DNA from: Octopus bimaculoides
Lineage: Eukaryota
Assembly: GCF_001194135.2 (NCBI RefSeq)
Contig: NC_068982.1
Span: 59,293,545 to 59,357,544 of the forward strand
DNA length: 64,000 nucleotides
Reading direction: 5' to 3'
The notes below the pieces were generated by a model that made no database searches, was not told where the DNA came from, and saw only the letters and a program-made list of their open reading frames with translations. Of this stretch, positions 13,056 through 24,880 are shown piece by piece; the first letter of the stretch is position 1; each line of letters begins with the position of its first letter. A program made the translations under genes and the position numbers.

Positions 13056-13500
13056 TATATACATACATACATATATATATATATATCATCATCATCATCA
13101 TTGTTTAACGTCCGCCTTCCATGCTAGCATGGGTTGGACGATTTGACTGAGGCATGGTGAAACCGGATGGCAACACCAGCCTCCAATCTGATTTGGCAGA
13201 GTTTCCACAGCTGGATGCCCTTCCTAACACCAACCACTCAGAGAGTGTAGTGGGTGCTTTTACGTGTCACCCGCACGAAGACCAGTNNNNNNNNNNNNNN
13301 NNNNNNNNNNNNNNNNNNNNNNNNNNNNNNNNNNNNNNNNNNNNNNNNNNNNNNNNNNNNNNNNNNNNNNNNNNNNNNNNNNNNNNNNNTTTGTGTGCCA
13401 CCCGCACAAGAGCCAGTCCAGGGGCACTGGCAACGATCTCACTCGAAAATCCTATGAAGGCCTGTCAGGCGGTACTGGCAACGGCCACGCTCAAATGGTG
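12797..13500 (-). mobile_element. Two adjacent copies of a short retroposon with RTE-like 3' tail ending in (GAT)n (family D)
   Basis: (cat)n-tttaacgtcc..catgggttgga..ctggatgcccttcctaa..ccaacc at 12797 and 13085; further copies near 11445, 20458, 29920, 41792, 54852, 61300. Confidence 0.8.
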
Positions 13501-13737
13501 TATTTTATGTGCCACTGCAGCCATGCCAAGACACCATCTTGAAGAATTTTTTATCAGATAAATCAACACCCCACCAGGACTTTTCTTTTTTTTTTTTTCT
13601 AAACCCTGTACTAATTCTATCAGTCTCTTTTGCCAAACTACTAAGTTACAGGGATGTAAACATACCAACACCAGTTGTCAAGTGGTGACGGGAGACAAAC
13701 ACAGACACAACAAACAAACACACACACACATACACAC

Positions 13738-13970
13738 AAGGCGGCGATCTGGCAGAATTGTTAGCACGCCAGGCGAAATGCTTAGCAGTATTTTGTCTGC
13801 TGCTACGTTCTGAGTTCAAATTCTGCCGAGGTCGAATTTGCCTTTCATTCTTTCGGGGTCAATTAAATAAGTACCAGTTGCGCACTGGCATTGATATAAT
13901 CGACTTAATCCGTTTGTCTGTCCTTGCTTGTCCCTTCTGTGTGTAGCCACTTGTGGGCAGTAAAGAAATA
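13738..13970 (+). mobile_element. tRNA-derived SINE, family C (best-preserved copy)
   Basis: A box tggcagaattgttag, B box gagttcaaattc, central gcctttcattctttcggggtcaattaaataagtacca block; retains CpGs. Confidence 0.9.
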
Positions 13971-14336
13971 ACACACACATACACATACACACACATGATG
14001 GGAAGATGGTATAGTAAAACAATTTGTGATAAAATGGAAAGAAAATGACACAATTAAGAAAGAGTTGGAAGTACATTGTGAATAGCTGTATAACAACATT
14101 TGGTAGTCTNNNNNNNNNNNNNNNNNNNNNNNNNNNNNNNNNNNNNNNNNNNNNNNNNNNNNNNNNNNNNNNNNNNNNNNNNNNNNNNNNNNNNNNNNNN
14201 NNNNNNNNNNNNNNNNNNNNNNNNNNNNNNNNNNNNNNNNNNNNNNNNNNNNNNNNNNNNNNNNNNNNNNNNNNNNNNNNNNNNNNNNNNNNNNNNNNNN
14301 NNNNNNNNNNNNNNNNNNNNNNNNNNNNNNNNNNNN

Positions 14337-14372
<36 letters not shown>

Positions 14373-16439
14373 GTTTTATTGTATAAAAATATATGTCTTG
14401 TATAGTCTCATAGCTTCATTGAAAAAAAAAAAACAAATAAAAACAAAAGTTTGAAGAAAGCAGCGATGGCTGCCTGCACTGGAAAAGATCATTTAGTAAT
14501 GTTTGCAAGTTTAAATCACTACATATGTGTCATGGGGAAATGAGAGCTTGATCTTCGTCTATAAAAGGTCAAGACAATTATAAACGTAGGAAAATTTTTT
14601 TAAATAACAATAGAAGGTAGGCATAATATATTTAAAGGAAATTTTTTTTAAATGATTATTGAACAAAGAAAATAACAAACCAGATTGAATATTCTATTTC
14701 TTTTTAACCTTTTTTAGCTCAATGTGTCAAAACTTGAATTCTTTAATAATTCCATCATTGACATGTTACATGTATACATGTATTTTAATGTTAAGTAAAT
14801 ACTTATAAAAGACACAGCAAAAATAAATACTTATAAATAAGCTTTTTATAACATGACACTATAGGGAGATTTAAATTTTAATTTCAAAATCCATTGTTTG
14901 TCACCCAAATATACCACTGTCTGTCATTGCTAGCATGCTTGACATATGATCACCATCAGAACACAAATCACTTTTGAAGGGCAACTGAGAAAATTTTACA
15001 GAGTGTTGTCTTTGGAGAGCAAAAACCTATTGTCACCAATCACTCAATGATGAAAACAGGGAAGAGATCATAGCCTCAAGTTTAAATTCAGTACTTTTCA
15101 GATTCTAGCAATGTTAGCATGGCATTTCCCATAATAAGAATTGGGAAGAGGAATAGATATACAGTTATTGTATCAACAGTTCAGCAGCACTTTTGAGGAA
15201 ATAAAATAGCAAATTTGGATAGTGAAAGTAAAGTGAAATGTCTTACCCAGGGGCATAATGTCTGAAGTGGAAGATATGAACTTATGACTTGGTCATAATA
15301 ACTCTAATATAAACATAAACATGAAATAAGGTATTTTCCATCAGTCATTATTAGAAATAATATAAATGACCTAAAAACACAATAAGAAATCTTATAATTG
15401 ATTTTTTGATCTTACTCTCTCTCTTTCTTTCCTTCTCTCTCTCTCTCTCACTCTATCTATCGCTATCTCTCTTTCACAATCTCACATATAAATAGGGATG
15501 TATGCGTGTGTGTGTGTATGTGTGAGTGCATGTGTGTGTATGCACACATATATATATNNNNNNNNNNNNNNNNNNNNNNNNNNNNNNNNNNNNNNNNNNN
15601 NNNNNNNNNNNNNNNNNNNNNNNNNNNNNNNNNNNNNNNNNNNNNNNNNNNNNNNNNNNNNNNNNNNNNNNNNNNNNNNNNNNNNNNNNNNNNNNNNNNN
15701 NNNNNNNNNNNNNNNNNNNNNNNNNNNNNNNNNNNNNNNNNNNNNNNNNNNNNNNNNNNNNNNNNNNNNNNNNNNNNNNNNNNNNNNNNNNNNNNNNNNN
15801 NNNNNNNNTGATAGATAGATAGATAGATAGATAGATATATAGATATAGATATATATACATATATAAATACTAACACACATACACGTATACAGACATGCAT
15901 AAATACATAAACACACATAAATCTTGTGGGTTTTTTTTTCAGAACCCCCCCCCCCCAGAAAATAGAAATAAAAAGCAGAAGGGAAGAAAATATAAAATAA
16001 AATGCAATGTTAATCAATACCAGTTAACTACTTGTCAAATATAGGTAGTGACACTATAATTACATTCCATTATTCATAACATAGTATGAAATCAACTGTC
16101 AAAGGAAATATCGAGAGATGTCTTTGAAGCAGTTTGCTATTGTACCTGTCAGATGAATATTAATAGTTTCCAATAACACTTATATACTGTCTCGTCTTCA
16201 CTTTGGACTTAACCTGACAATCTGTATGTAGTTTGTTCAGATGCTTCAGATATTAACAATAAATAACAACGCTATCACATGTACTGAATCATTAAAAAAA
16301 AAAAAAAAATTAAATAAATAAAACAGAGTTTACTGATGTGGAACTGTTTTGGTTATGTGTTCAATGATGACAGAAAAAATTAATAAATGTATAAATATAA
16401 ACGATAAACAAAAGTTAATTTGATACCTTGCTTGCTTAC

Positions 16440-16490
16440 TTAATTAGTGAGGATTGAACGAATGCAACTGATTCTGTGCGGGACTGTATG
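16440..16490 (-). CDS. Candidate 51-nt phase-2/2 internal exon of an unidentified gene (IQSRTESVAFVQSSLI)
   Basis: Long polypyrimidine tract ending ...cattcctgcaccAG, donor AA|GTAAGC, one open frame, non-repetitive sequence; no homolog recognised. Confidence 0.3.
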   Translation of the reverse strand, partial: HTVPHRISCIRSILTN

Positions 16491-16764
16491 CTGGTGCAGG
16501 AATGAGACAGAGAAAAAAGGGAGAGAGGTGGGGGGGAAGGATGAGTAGTGGAAGAAAGAGAGACAAAGACAAAAGGTTGTGTGTTTCATGTCATCATAAA
16601 CCAGTGACATTCATATATCTGCTGTTTAAACTACATTTCTAACGATAAAGAACATCAAGAATATGCATGTGTGTGTGTTTGTATGTGTGTGAGCATGCGA
16701 CTATGTGTGTGCATGCACATATACATGCACACATATATACGTGTGTGTATATATAGATAAATAA

Positions 16765-16796
<32 letters not shown>

Positions 16797-16866
16797 TTAA
16801 TTATATGTATTTATTTTATCCTAATAAATAATAATTCGGATAATGTCTTACATTTAAGATGGTTCC

Positions 16867-16965
16867 CATACATTCCCTGAGGAGAGGTTTACATTTTTAA
16901 CATCGACGATTCCTATGGATCGCATAAATTGTAATTCTTCGAAACATATGTCGGAATAAAGTATG
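16867..16965 (+). ncRNA. Type I hammerhead ribozyme with extended stem II
   Basis: CATAC ATTCC-CTGAGGA-GAGG...CTTC-GAAA-C ATAT G-TC-GGAAT aaa GTATG: complete core, stem I 5+5 bp, GUC triplet ending 16952, palindromic CATATG stem III. Confidence 0.85.
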
Positions 16966-17034
16966 CAGTTATAACATGCGTTTACTCCATTCCTTAAATT
17001 TTTATATATATATATAAGGTAATCATGTGACTCA

Positions 17035-17262
17035 CCAGGCTCTCAGATGTTGTTATACATTGCTGATCACAATGCATTTTGCATTGCTTTAGCCTTCAAA
17101 TGATGTTGCCCCCACTGGCTAGGCGAGAAGGCCAACATCCTCCCTCGAACAACATGAAATGAAGTGTTTTGCTCAAGAATACAATGCATTGCCTAGTCTG
17201 GGAAATGAACCCACAATCTAGTGATCGTGAGTGCAGCAGCCTAAACACTAGGCTACACACCT
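17035..17262 (-). mobile_element. CORE-like tRNA SINE (diverged)
   Basis: Shares aaatgaagtgttttgctcaagaa with 34085-34306; tRNA-like head on the minus strand. Confidence 0.65.
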
Positions 17263-17272
17263 TTGCATGTAA

Positions 17273-17433
17273 GCACAGGTGTGGCTGTGTGGTAAGACGC
17301 TTGTTTCCCAACCACAAGTTTTTTCCCACTGTGAGTGGATTTGGTAGGCAGAAACTGAAAGAAGTGCATCATGCGTGTGTGTATCTATCTATCTATCTAT
17401 CTATCAATATATATATGTCTATATATATATATA

Positions 17434-17468
<35 letters not shown>

Positions 17469-17756
17469 NNNNNNNNNNNNNNNNNNNNNNNNNNNNNNNN
17501 NNNNNNNNNNNNNNNNNNNNNNNNNNNNNNNNNNNNNNNNNNNNNNNNNNNNNNNNNNNNNNNNNNNNNNNNNNNNNNNNNNNNNNNNNNNNNNNNNNNN
17601 NNNNNNNNNNNNNNNNNNNNNNNNNNNNNNNNNNNNNNNNNNNNNNNNNNNNNNNNNNNNNNNNNNNNNNNNNNNNNNNNNNNNNNNNNNNNNNNNNNNN
17701 NNNNNNNNNNNNNNNNNNNNNNNNNNNNNNNNNNNNNNNNNNNNNNNNNNNNNNNN

Positions 17757-17794
<38 letters not shown>

Positions 17795-18100
17795 CAGTAG
17801 GGTAAAAAATTGGATATTAATTAATATCAATTTAATACCAGAGAAACTGAAAGAAGACTGTCGTATATATGTGTATATTTGTGTATGTGTGTGCCTGTGC
17901 CTTGTGTTTGTACCCCCACCATTGCTTGACAACTGATGTTGCTGTGTTTATATTCCTGTAACTTAGTGGTTTGGTAAAAGACACTGATAGAATGAGTACC
18001 AGGCTTACAAAGAATCAACCCTGTGGTTGATTTCTTCGACCAACGGCGGTGCTCCACCATGGCCATAGTCACATGACTGAAACAAGTAAAGCAATAAAAG
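17273..18100 (+). mobile_element. SINE family A split by expanded (AT)n and a gap
   Basis: 5' half 17273-17372; 3' half 17843-18100 with the same motifs as 9829-10240. Confidence 0.75.
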
Positions 18101-18272
18101 TCTATGCCATTTTAATCCCGAGCAAGGCTGGGTATCTCTGCTAGTATATATATATATATATGCATATATATATATGTGTGTGGGTGTGTGTATATGTGCA
18201 TATATATATATGTACGTATATACGTATGTATATATATATGTATGTCTTTGTATATATGTGTATATATATGTA

Positions 18273-18316
<44 letters not shown>

Positions 18317-19095
18317 NNNNNNNNNNNNNNNNNNNNNNNNNNNNNNNNNNNNNNNNNNNNNNNNNNNNNNNNNNNNNNNNNNNNNNNNNNNNNNNNNNNN
18401 NNNNNNNNNNNNNNNNNNNNNNNNNNNNNNNNNNNNNNNNNNNNNNNNNNNNNNNNNNNNNNNNNNNNNNNNNNNNNNNNNNNNNNNNNNNNNNNNNNNN
18501 NNNNNNNNNNNNNNNNNNNNNNNNNNNNNNNNNNNNNNNNNNNNNNNNNNNNNNNNNNNNNNNNNNNNNNNNNNNNNNNNNNGTATGTTTATGTACTGAT
18601 ATGTGCGTCAGTTCAAGTTGTATACATGACAGTTACTTTGTTGAAGGTTGTATATACGCACATATATACATATGCATATACACATATGTAAACACGCACA
18701 CACATATGTGTGTGTGTGCATTTGCCCCTCTCACCATCGTCTAACGGTGAATTGATACAACGTCTTAGATACATATATGTACATATATAACCTTACTTAT
18801 ACAAATATAAACAAGTATACACAATCATATTGACACTCACACACGCTCACAAATATACATATCTTAAAGTATACACGCATATACGCTTAACCATCACTAC
18901 ACCTATACATATATATATATATCTTTGAAGTTCATTTACGCATGAAGAAATGAATGCAGGAATATGATCCATCTGATGTTCATGGATACTGAAAACTGTA
19001 TGGTCATGAGAAACATGTGATCTGTGGAAATGCACATAATGATGCATTAAGATATTTACAAATTCCATCCATGGATTATTATAATTATTATTATT

Positions 19096-19540
19096 AAGGC
19101 AGTCAGCTGGCAGAATCGTTAGTGCGCTGGATGAAAATCTTAGCGGTATTTCACCCATTGGTATATTCTGAGTTCAAATTCTGCCGAAGTTGACTTGACC
19201 TTTCATTCTTTCAGGGTCGATAAAATAAGTACCATTGAAACGCTGGAGGCGATGTAATCAACTCATCATCTCCCACAAAATTGCTGCTGTTGTGGCAAAA
19301 TTTGAAACCATCATTATTATCATTATTAAGGTGGTGAGCTTGCAGAATCATTAGCACGCCAGATAAAATACTTAGCGTTATTTTGCCTGCTGCTTTGTTC
19401 CAAGTTCAAATTCTGCCAAGGTCAACTTTGCCTTTCTTCCTTTCAGAGTTGATAAATTAAGTACCAGTGAAACACTGGGGTCGATGTAATTGACTAGTCC
19501 CCTCCTCACAAATCTGAAGCCTTATGTCTCCTGTAGAAAG
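19096..19540 (+). mobile_element. Two tandem SINE family C copies separated by (TAT)n
   Basis: Heads aaggcagtcagctggcagaatcgttag (19096) and aaggtggtgagcttgcagaatcattag (19328). Confidence 0.85.
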
Positions 19541-20200
19541 CATTATTATCATTATTATTATACGAAAACTCACTGCTTATTTTGTTGAATATGATGGAAA
19601 GTGTCAGCTATCAACAGCCAGCAGACTAAGGTGACACTTGTTTAATGATCCTGCTTCAAGAACCCTACAAAGAATTCTTGTAGTTCCAAGCAATGCTGCT
19701 TTTTGTAGGTGTTCTACCTTCACATTACACCATTCGTTTTCAGCCATGTTGCTAGTTGACTGCTGATACTTCCATGTGATACCAATAGTAATTGGTATCA
19801 CATCTACTTGCCTCATTGATCACAGCCTTCGTATTTCCCACTTCAAATTGTCATAGTTCTTTATTTTTTCTTCTTTCACATTGATCCTGTTGTCCCTGGG
19901 GCATGCTATGTCAATTATCATACATGTTCTTTCTTTTTTTATTCACCATAGCAATGTCCGGTTTCCAATGTCTAGTGAAGTGATCACACTGGATCATTGC
20001 ATTCCACAGGATTTTTGCAATTCTCATTTTTGGTGATTCCTTTTGGAGTTTTCTCATACTACACCTTTGCTTATTGTAAACCGTGATTTCCACAGAGCTC
20101 CCAATGGATCATTCTTGCCAGTTTAGATGATGTTGGCCTTCTTTGTGGTTCAACAACATTTTTTTATATCACTCTAAGCTGATACAGAAAGTTTATTCCA
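19541..20200 (-). mobile_element. R4/Dong-like LINE 3' fragment (restriction-like endonuclease domain), decayed
   Basis: Minus translation ARMIHWELCGNHGL...AKILWNAMIQCDHFTRHWKPDIAMVNKK...EKIKNYDNLKWEIRRL*SMRQVDVIPI...LQKAALLGTTRILCRVL, followed by a (TAA)n-like tail. Confidence 0.85.
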
Positions 20201-20457
20201 AGAAGGAAAGATAAATGGCAAATGAGAGGAAGACCTAGAACAAGCTCATTTGATATCATTAATCCTTTAGCATTAAAATTTCTTAGTCAAATGTAATGCT
20301 TATTTACTCACATTGATATGAATTAGTCATACATCACCTTGTAGCTTTGAGATTTCAGTGATGTGATTATTTATTTTTAGAATAACATTGTAAGGTAGGT
20401 GTAAGAGGCCAAATCTGGCCAGTCTGAAGATAAAATGGGTAGATTATTTTGGTTAGA

Positions 20458-20790
20458 TGTCATCATCATCATCATCATCATCGTTTAACGTCCACTTTCC
20501 ATGCTAGCATGGGTTGGACAATTTGACTGAGGACTGGTGAACCGGATGGCTACACCAGGCTCCAATCTGATTTGGCAGAGTTTCTACAGCTGGATGCCCT
20601 TCTTAATGCCAACCACTCCGAGAGTGTAGTGGGTGCTTTTACGTGCCACTGGCACGAAAGCCAGACAGGCGGTACTGGCAATGGCCACACTCAAAATGGT
20701 GTATTTTATGTGCCACCTGCACACGAGCCAGTCCAGTGGCACTGGCACGATCTCGCTCGAATGTCCTTACACATGCCATCGGCATGCTAA
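20458..20790 (-). mobile_element. Family D short retroposon (RTE-like tail)
   Basis: Same sequence as 13085-13500 and 41792-42130, starting from a (CAT)n tract. Confidence 0.85.
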
Positions 20791-21204
20791 AGGGTTAATG
20801 AGTGAACTGAATTGTCACATGGTGCTTGTGAAATTATGGTTGAGAATAGACCTGAATGGAGGGAGATCCTTGATATTCAAATCTGCAGAAAGGAGATGAC
20901 CCCTAATGACTGAATGTTACTAAGAAGCTGTTCCATGTTGGCGACTTTGAAGCAGTTTCCGCTTCATCTTCCAAAGACAGTTTCAGCTAATAGGGTATAA
21001 AAGGATCAAATTCTTACCCCATATATCAACAGTATATGGAATGCAGTGCTCAGTATTTTGCTTTTGTCTTATTCGTGTCTTTCAGCTAAAAGAAAAGCAA
21101 GAACAAAAAAAAAAAAAGAGAGAACTGTGCAATGAATTCTTCAGAGGGGGAGGGGAGGATGTCACTCATTTGTTTGTTGCTGCAGAACAACTAACATTGC
21201 AGAA

Positions 21205-22041
21205 TGGGATGATGATGATGATAATGATGATGATGATGATGATGATGATGATTGATGGTAATGATGATGATGATGATGATGATTGACGGTAATGATGATG
21301 ATGATTGACGGTAATGATGATGATAATGATGATGATGATGATGATGATTGATGGTAATGATGATGATGATGATGATGATGATGATTGATGGTAATGATGA
21401 TGATGATGATGATGATGATGATTATTGACGGTAATGATGATGATGATGATTGACGGTAATGATGATGATGATTGACGGTAATGATGATGATGATGNNNNN
21501 NNNNNNNNNNNNNNNNNNNNNNNNNNNNNNNNNNNNNNNNNNNNNNNNNNNNNNNNNNNNNNNNNNNNNNNNNNNNNNNNNNNNNNNNNNNNNNNNNNNN
21601 NNNNNNNNNNNNNNNNNNNNNNNNNNNNNNNNNNNNNNNNNNNNNNNNNNNNNNNNNNNNNNNNNNNNNNNNNNNNNNNNNNNNNNNNNNNNNNNNNNNN
21701 NNNNNNNNNNNNNNNNNNNNNNNNNNNNNNNNNNNNNNNNNNNNNNNNNNNNNNNNNNNNNNNNNNNNNNNNNNNNNNNNNNNNNNNNNNNNNNNNNNNN
21801 NNNNNNNNNNNNNNNNNNNNNNNNNNNNNNNNNNNNNNNNNNNNNNNNNNNNNNNNNNNNNNNNNNNNNNNNNNNNNNNNNNNNNNNNNNNNNNNNNNNN
21901 NNNNNNNNNNNNNNNNNNNNNNNNNNNNNNNNNNNNNNNNNNNNNNNNNNNNNNNNNNNNNNNNNNNNNNNNNNNNNNNNNNNNNNNNNNNNNNNNNNNN
22001 NNNNNNNNNGATGATGATGATGATGATGATGATTGACGGTA

Positions 22042-22074
<33 letters not shown>

Positions 22075-22081
22075 GACGGTA

Positions 22082-22114
<33 letters not shown>

Positions 22115-22152
22115 GACGGTAATGATGATGATGATGATGATGATTGACGGTA

Positions 22153-22188
<36 letters not shown>

Positions 22189-22193
22189 GACGG

Positions 22194-22215
<22 letters not shown>
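21205..22215. repeat. Compound (GAT)n satellite punctuated by TGACGGTAAT
   Basis: Repeated attgacggtaat spacers between variable-length GAT runs on both sides of a ~500-nt gap. Confidence 0.9.
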
Positions 22216-22225
<10 letters not shown>

Positions 22226-23550
22226 GACGGTGATGATGATAGCAATGATGATGATAAAGATGACAACCATGATGATGATGGTGGTGGTGGTGGTGGTGAT
22301 GATGATGATAGCAGTGATGATGATAATCATGATGATGGCGACGACGATTGACAGCGATGATAACAGCGGTGATGATGACAAAGATGACAACAATGATGAT
22401 GATTATGATGATGATGATGATGCAGACATCAATGATGATGATGATGATGATGAAGGTAAGGATAATGATGATGATGGTAATGACGTATTTTTTGTTTTAC
22501 TTTTAGACAGAAGGGAGATTTTGAATTTGTGATAGAAGGAAATTCTATGTTTCTCAAGGACATTTTCAAAAAGATAAAAAAATAAAAAAGCATCGCACCC
22601 CTATCCTACCCTGAACAAAAAGTAATGATTTCTCACATTGGCACGTAGCTTTAGACTTAGTTGAGTAGTGGTGGGGGAGATGGGGAAGGAGGGAGGACGA
22701 CAGCTGATTGAATCAACTCCAATACATGGAGCTGATTCCCTCATGTCATGGTAACAGTGGTGGTGATGGTGGTGATGGTGGTTGTGGAAGAATTTGTGGT
22801 GGCAATGGTGATACGGGAGGAGGATGGGGAGGAGGAGGAGGAGGAGGAAGAAGAGGAGAAGAAGAAGAATGAGGAAGAGCAGGAGAGTAGGAAGAAGAAG
22901 AAAAAAGAGAAGGAAGAGGAAGAAGGAAGATGAGGGGTTGAGAAAGAAATACAAAAAGAAAGAAGAAGAAGAAGAAGAAGAAGAGTAGGAGGAGGGAGGG
23001 GGAAGAAGAAGAAAAGAGTAGGAGTAGGAGTAGGAGGGGGAGGAGGAGGCAGAAGAAGAAGAAGAAGAAGAAGAAGAAGAAGAAGAAGAAGAAGAAGAAG
23101 AGCTAGATGGAGTTATTCAACAGTTGAGTGAGAGAAATGAGACGAAGGAGTCTTCGTAAATGAGAGAGAGACATTTAGAGAAGGAAGGAGAAAATTACAT
23201 GTGAAGGAGAATGACAAAGTAATCTGAAAGAGGAGGAAGAGAAGAAGGAGAGAAAGGAGATCTTGTGAGAGAATATTATAAACATGGTGAGGAAGAAAAA
23301 TAGTGAAAGAAAACAGTAGACAATGTAAAATCTATTAGAGGGAGAGAGAGAAAGAGGGAGAGCGAGAGACAGACAGACAGACAGACAGGAGGATGGAAGG
23401 AGAGGGAAGAATATGGATAGTTGCACCATTAGAAGATAAAAGAAGGAAAGAGGGAGAGAAAGAAATGGTAGAGTGAGTCAGAGACATTTCATGACATATA
23501 TACACACATACACACATACACAAAATTACATATATTCATTTACTCATATA

Positions 23551-23586
<36 letters not shown>

Positions 23587-23709
23587 TTGACACAAACACA
23601 CACATTCATACATACATATATATATTGACAGAAACACACACATTCATACATACATATATATATTGACAGANNNNNNNNNNNNNNNNNNNNNNNNNNNNNN
23701 NNNNNATAC

Positions 23710-23744
<35 letters not shown>

Positions 23745-23994
23745 AATGCATATTTCTTTTATTCTTTTACTTAGTTCAGTCATTTGGCACCACCTTGAAG
23801 GGTTTTAGTCGAAGAAATCAGACTCGACACTTATTCTTTGTAAACCTAGTACTTATTCTATTAGTCTCCTTTGCCAAACCGCTAAGTTACGGGTGCCATG
23901 AACACACCAGCAACGGTTGTCAAGCGATGGTAATGGTGGGGACTAACACAGACACACACATACAGTTCTAAAATTGCAGAAGAATTCGTTACTA

Positions 23995-24066
23995 GACAGT
24001 TTAGCTTAATGGTAAAGCACTTGATGCGTAATCACAGGGATGTGAGTTCGAGTCTCATGGCTGGCC
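23995..24066 (+). tRNA. tRNA-Thr(CGT)-like pseudogene or solitary tRNA-type head
   Basis: Cloverleaf by eye: acceptor GACAGTT/GGCTGGC (1 mismatch), D stem GCTT/AAGC, anticodon arm CTTGA-TGCGTAA-TCAcAG, T arm GTGAG-TTCGAGT-CTCAT; T5 run about 10 nt downstream; G33 and a bulge are aberrant. Confidence 0.5.
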
Positions 24067-24230
24067 GGTAATGTATTTTTCTGCAATGTATGGATATCCT
24101 GATCACGCTATTTATTAGTATTATCACGCATTTGAGAATAAAAAAACTTTATTTCTGTATATATATATATAAATATATATATATATAGGTGAGAAAGTTG
24201 GTATGTGAAAGCACGTGGTTGGATGTATAA

Positions 24231-24375
24231 AAGATAAACAAGAGTGAAAAAACTACAGAAGGCTTGTGTTATATGGTTAAAGTATATATTTAAATCGTTA
24301 TGTTAGAATAATGTTTTAAAATTTTGAGTATAGAAACATTAAGCCTTCTGTAGTTTTTTCACTCTTGTTTATCTT
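24231..24375. repeat. Perfect 35-bp inverted repeat with 75-bp spacer
   Basis: 24231-24265 aagataaacaagagtgaaaaaactacagaaggctt is the exact reverse complement of 24341-24375. Confidence 0.9.
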
Positions 24376-24699
24376 ATGTATATATATTAACATTTATTGC
24401 CAAACTAATGTGGCAGTTCAGAGAAATAGGACAAATATATATGTACGATGGACTAAATCCACTCACAAAGGTTCAGTCAGTCTGAGGCTATAGTAGAAGA
24501 TATTTGCCCTAGGTGCAAGAAAGACTGAACCTCAAAGCATGTGGTTGGGATGCAAGCCTCTTACCACACAGCCATGCCTGCACCTATATATTCCTATATT
24601 TATTATATCATACCCTGATACTGTGTGGACTGAGACCCCTGTTGACAAGCCGCTGGAATTTATAGTGTTAAACCCTATCGGTATGCAAATTAGGGATTC

Positions 24700-24880
24700 C
24701 TTCACAGTATAACTGCTGCATTTGTCAAGCATATAAACAGTTTGGCTGCTAATTTCTCTAGATACTGTCAAAATGATGTAGATGCCTCTGATGAGAACCC
24801 ACTAATTGATTAAGATTGTTCATCATTCTTTTTCAGTCTGCAGAGAAATGGCTAAAATTTGCTCTGTTTATAATTATACC
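24700..24880 (+). mobile_element. Dispersed copy of the 54.3-kb hammerhead repeat with deleted core
   Basis: tgatg..ctCTGATGAGAACCCactaa-ttgattaagattgttcatca; flanks match the reverse complement of 54260-54450; the GGTTCGAAA segment is missing. Confidence 0.7.

Noticed and set aside
14548-14572. TATAAAAG TATA-like box
   Set aside because: Single short motif with no initiator or gene context
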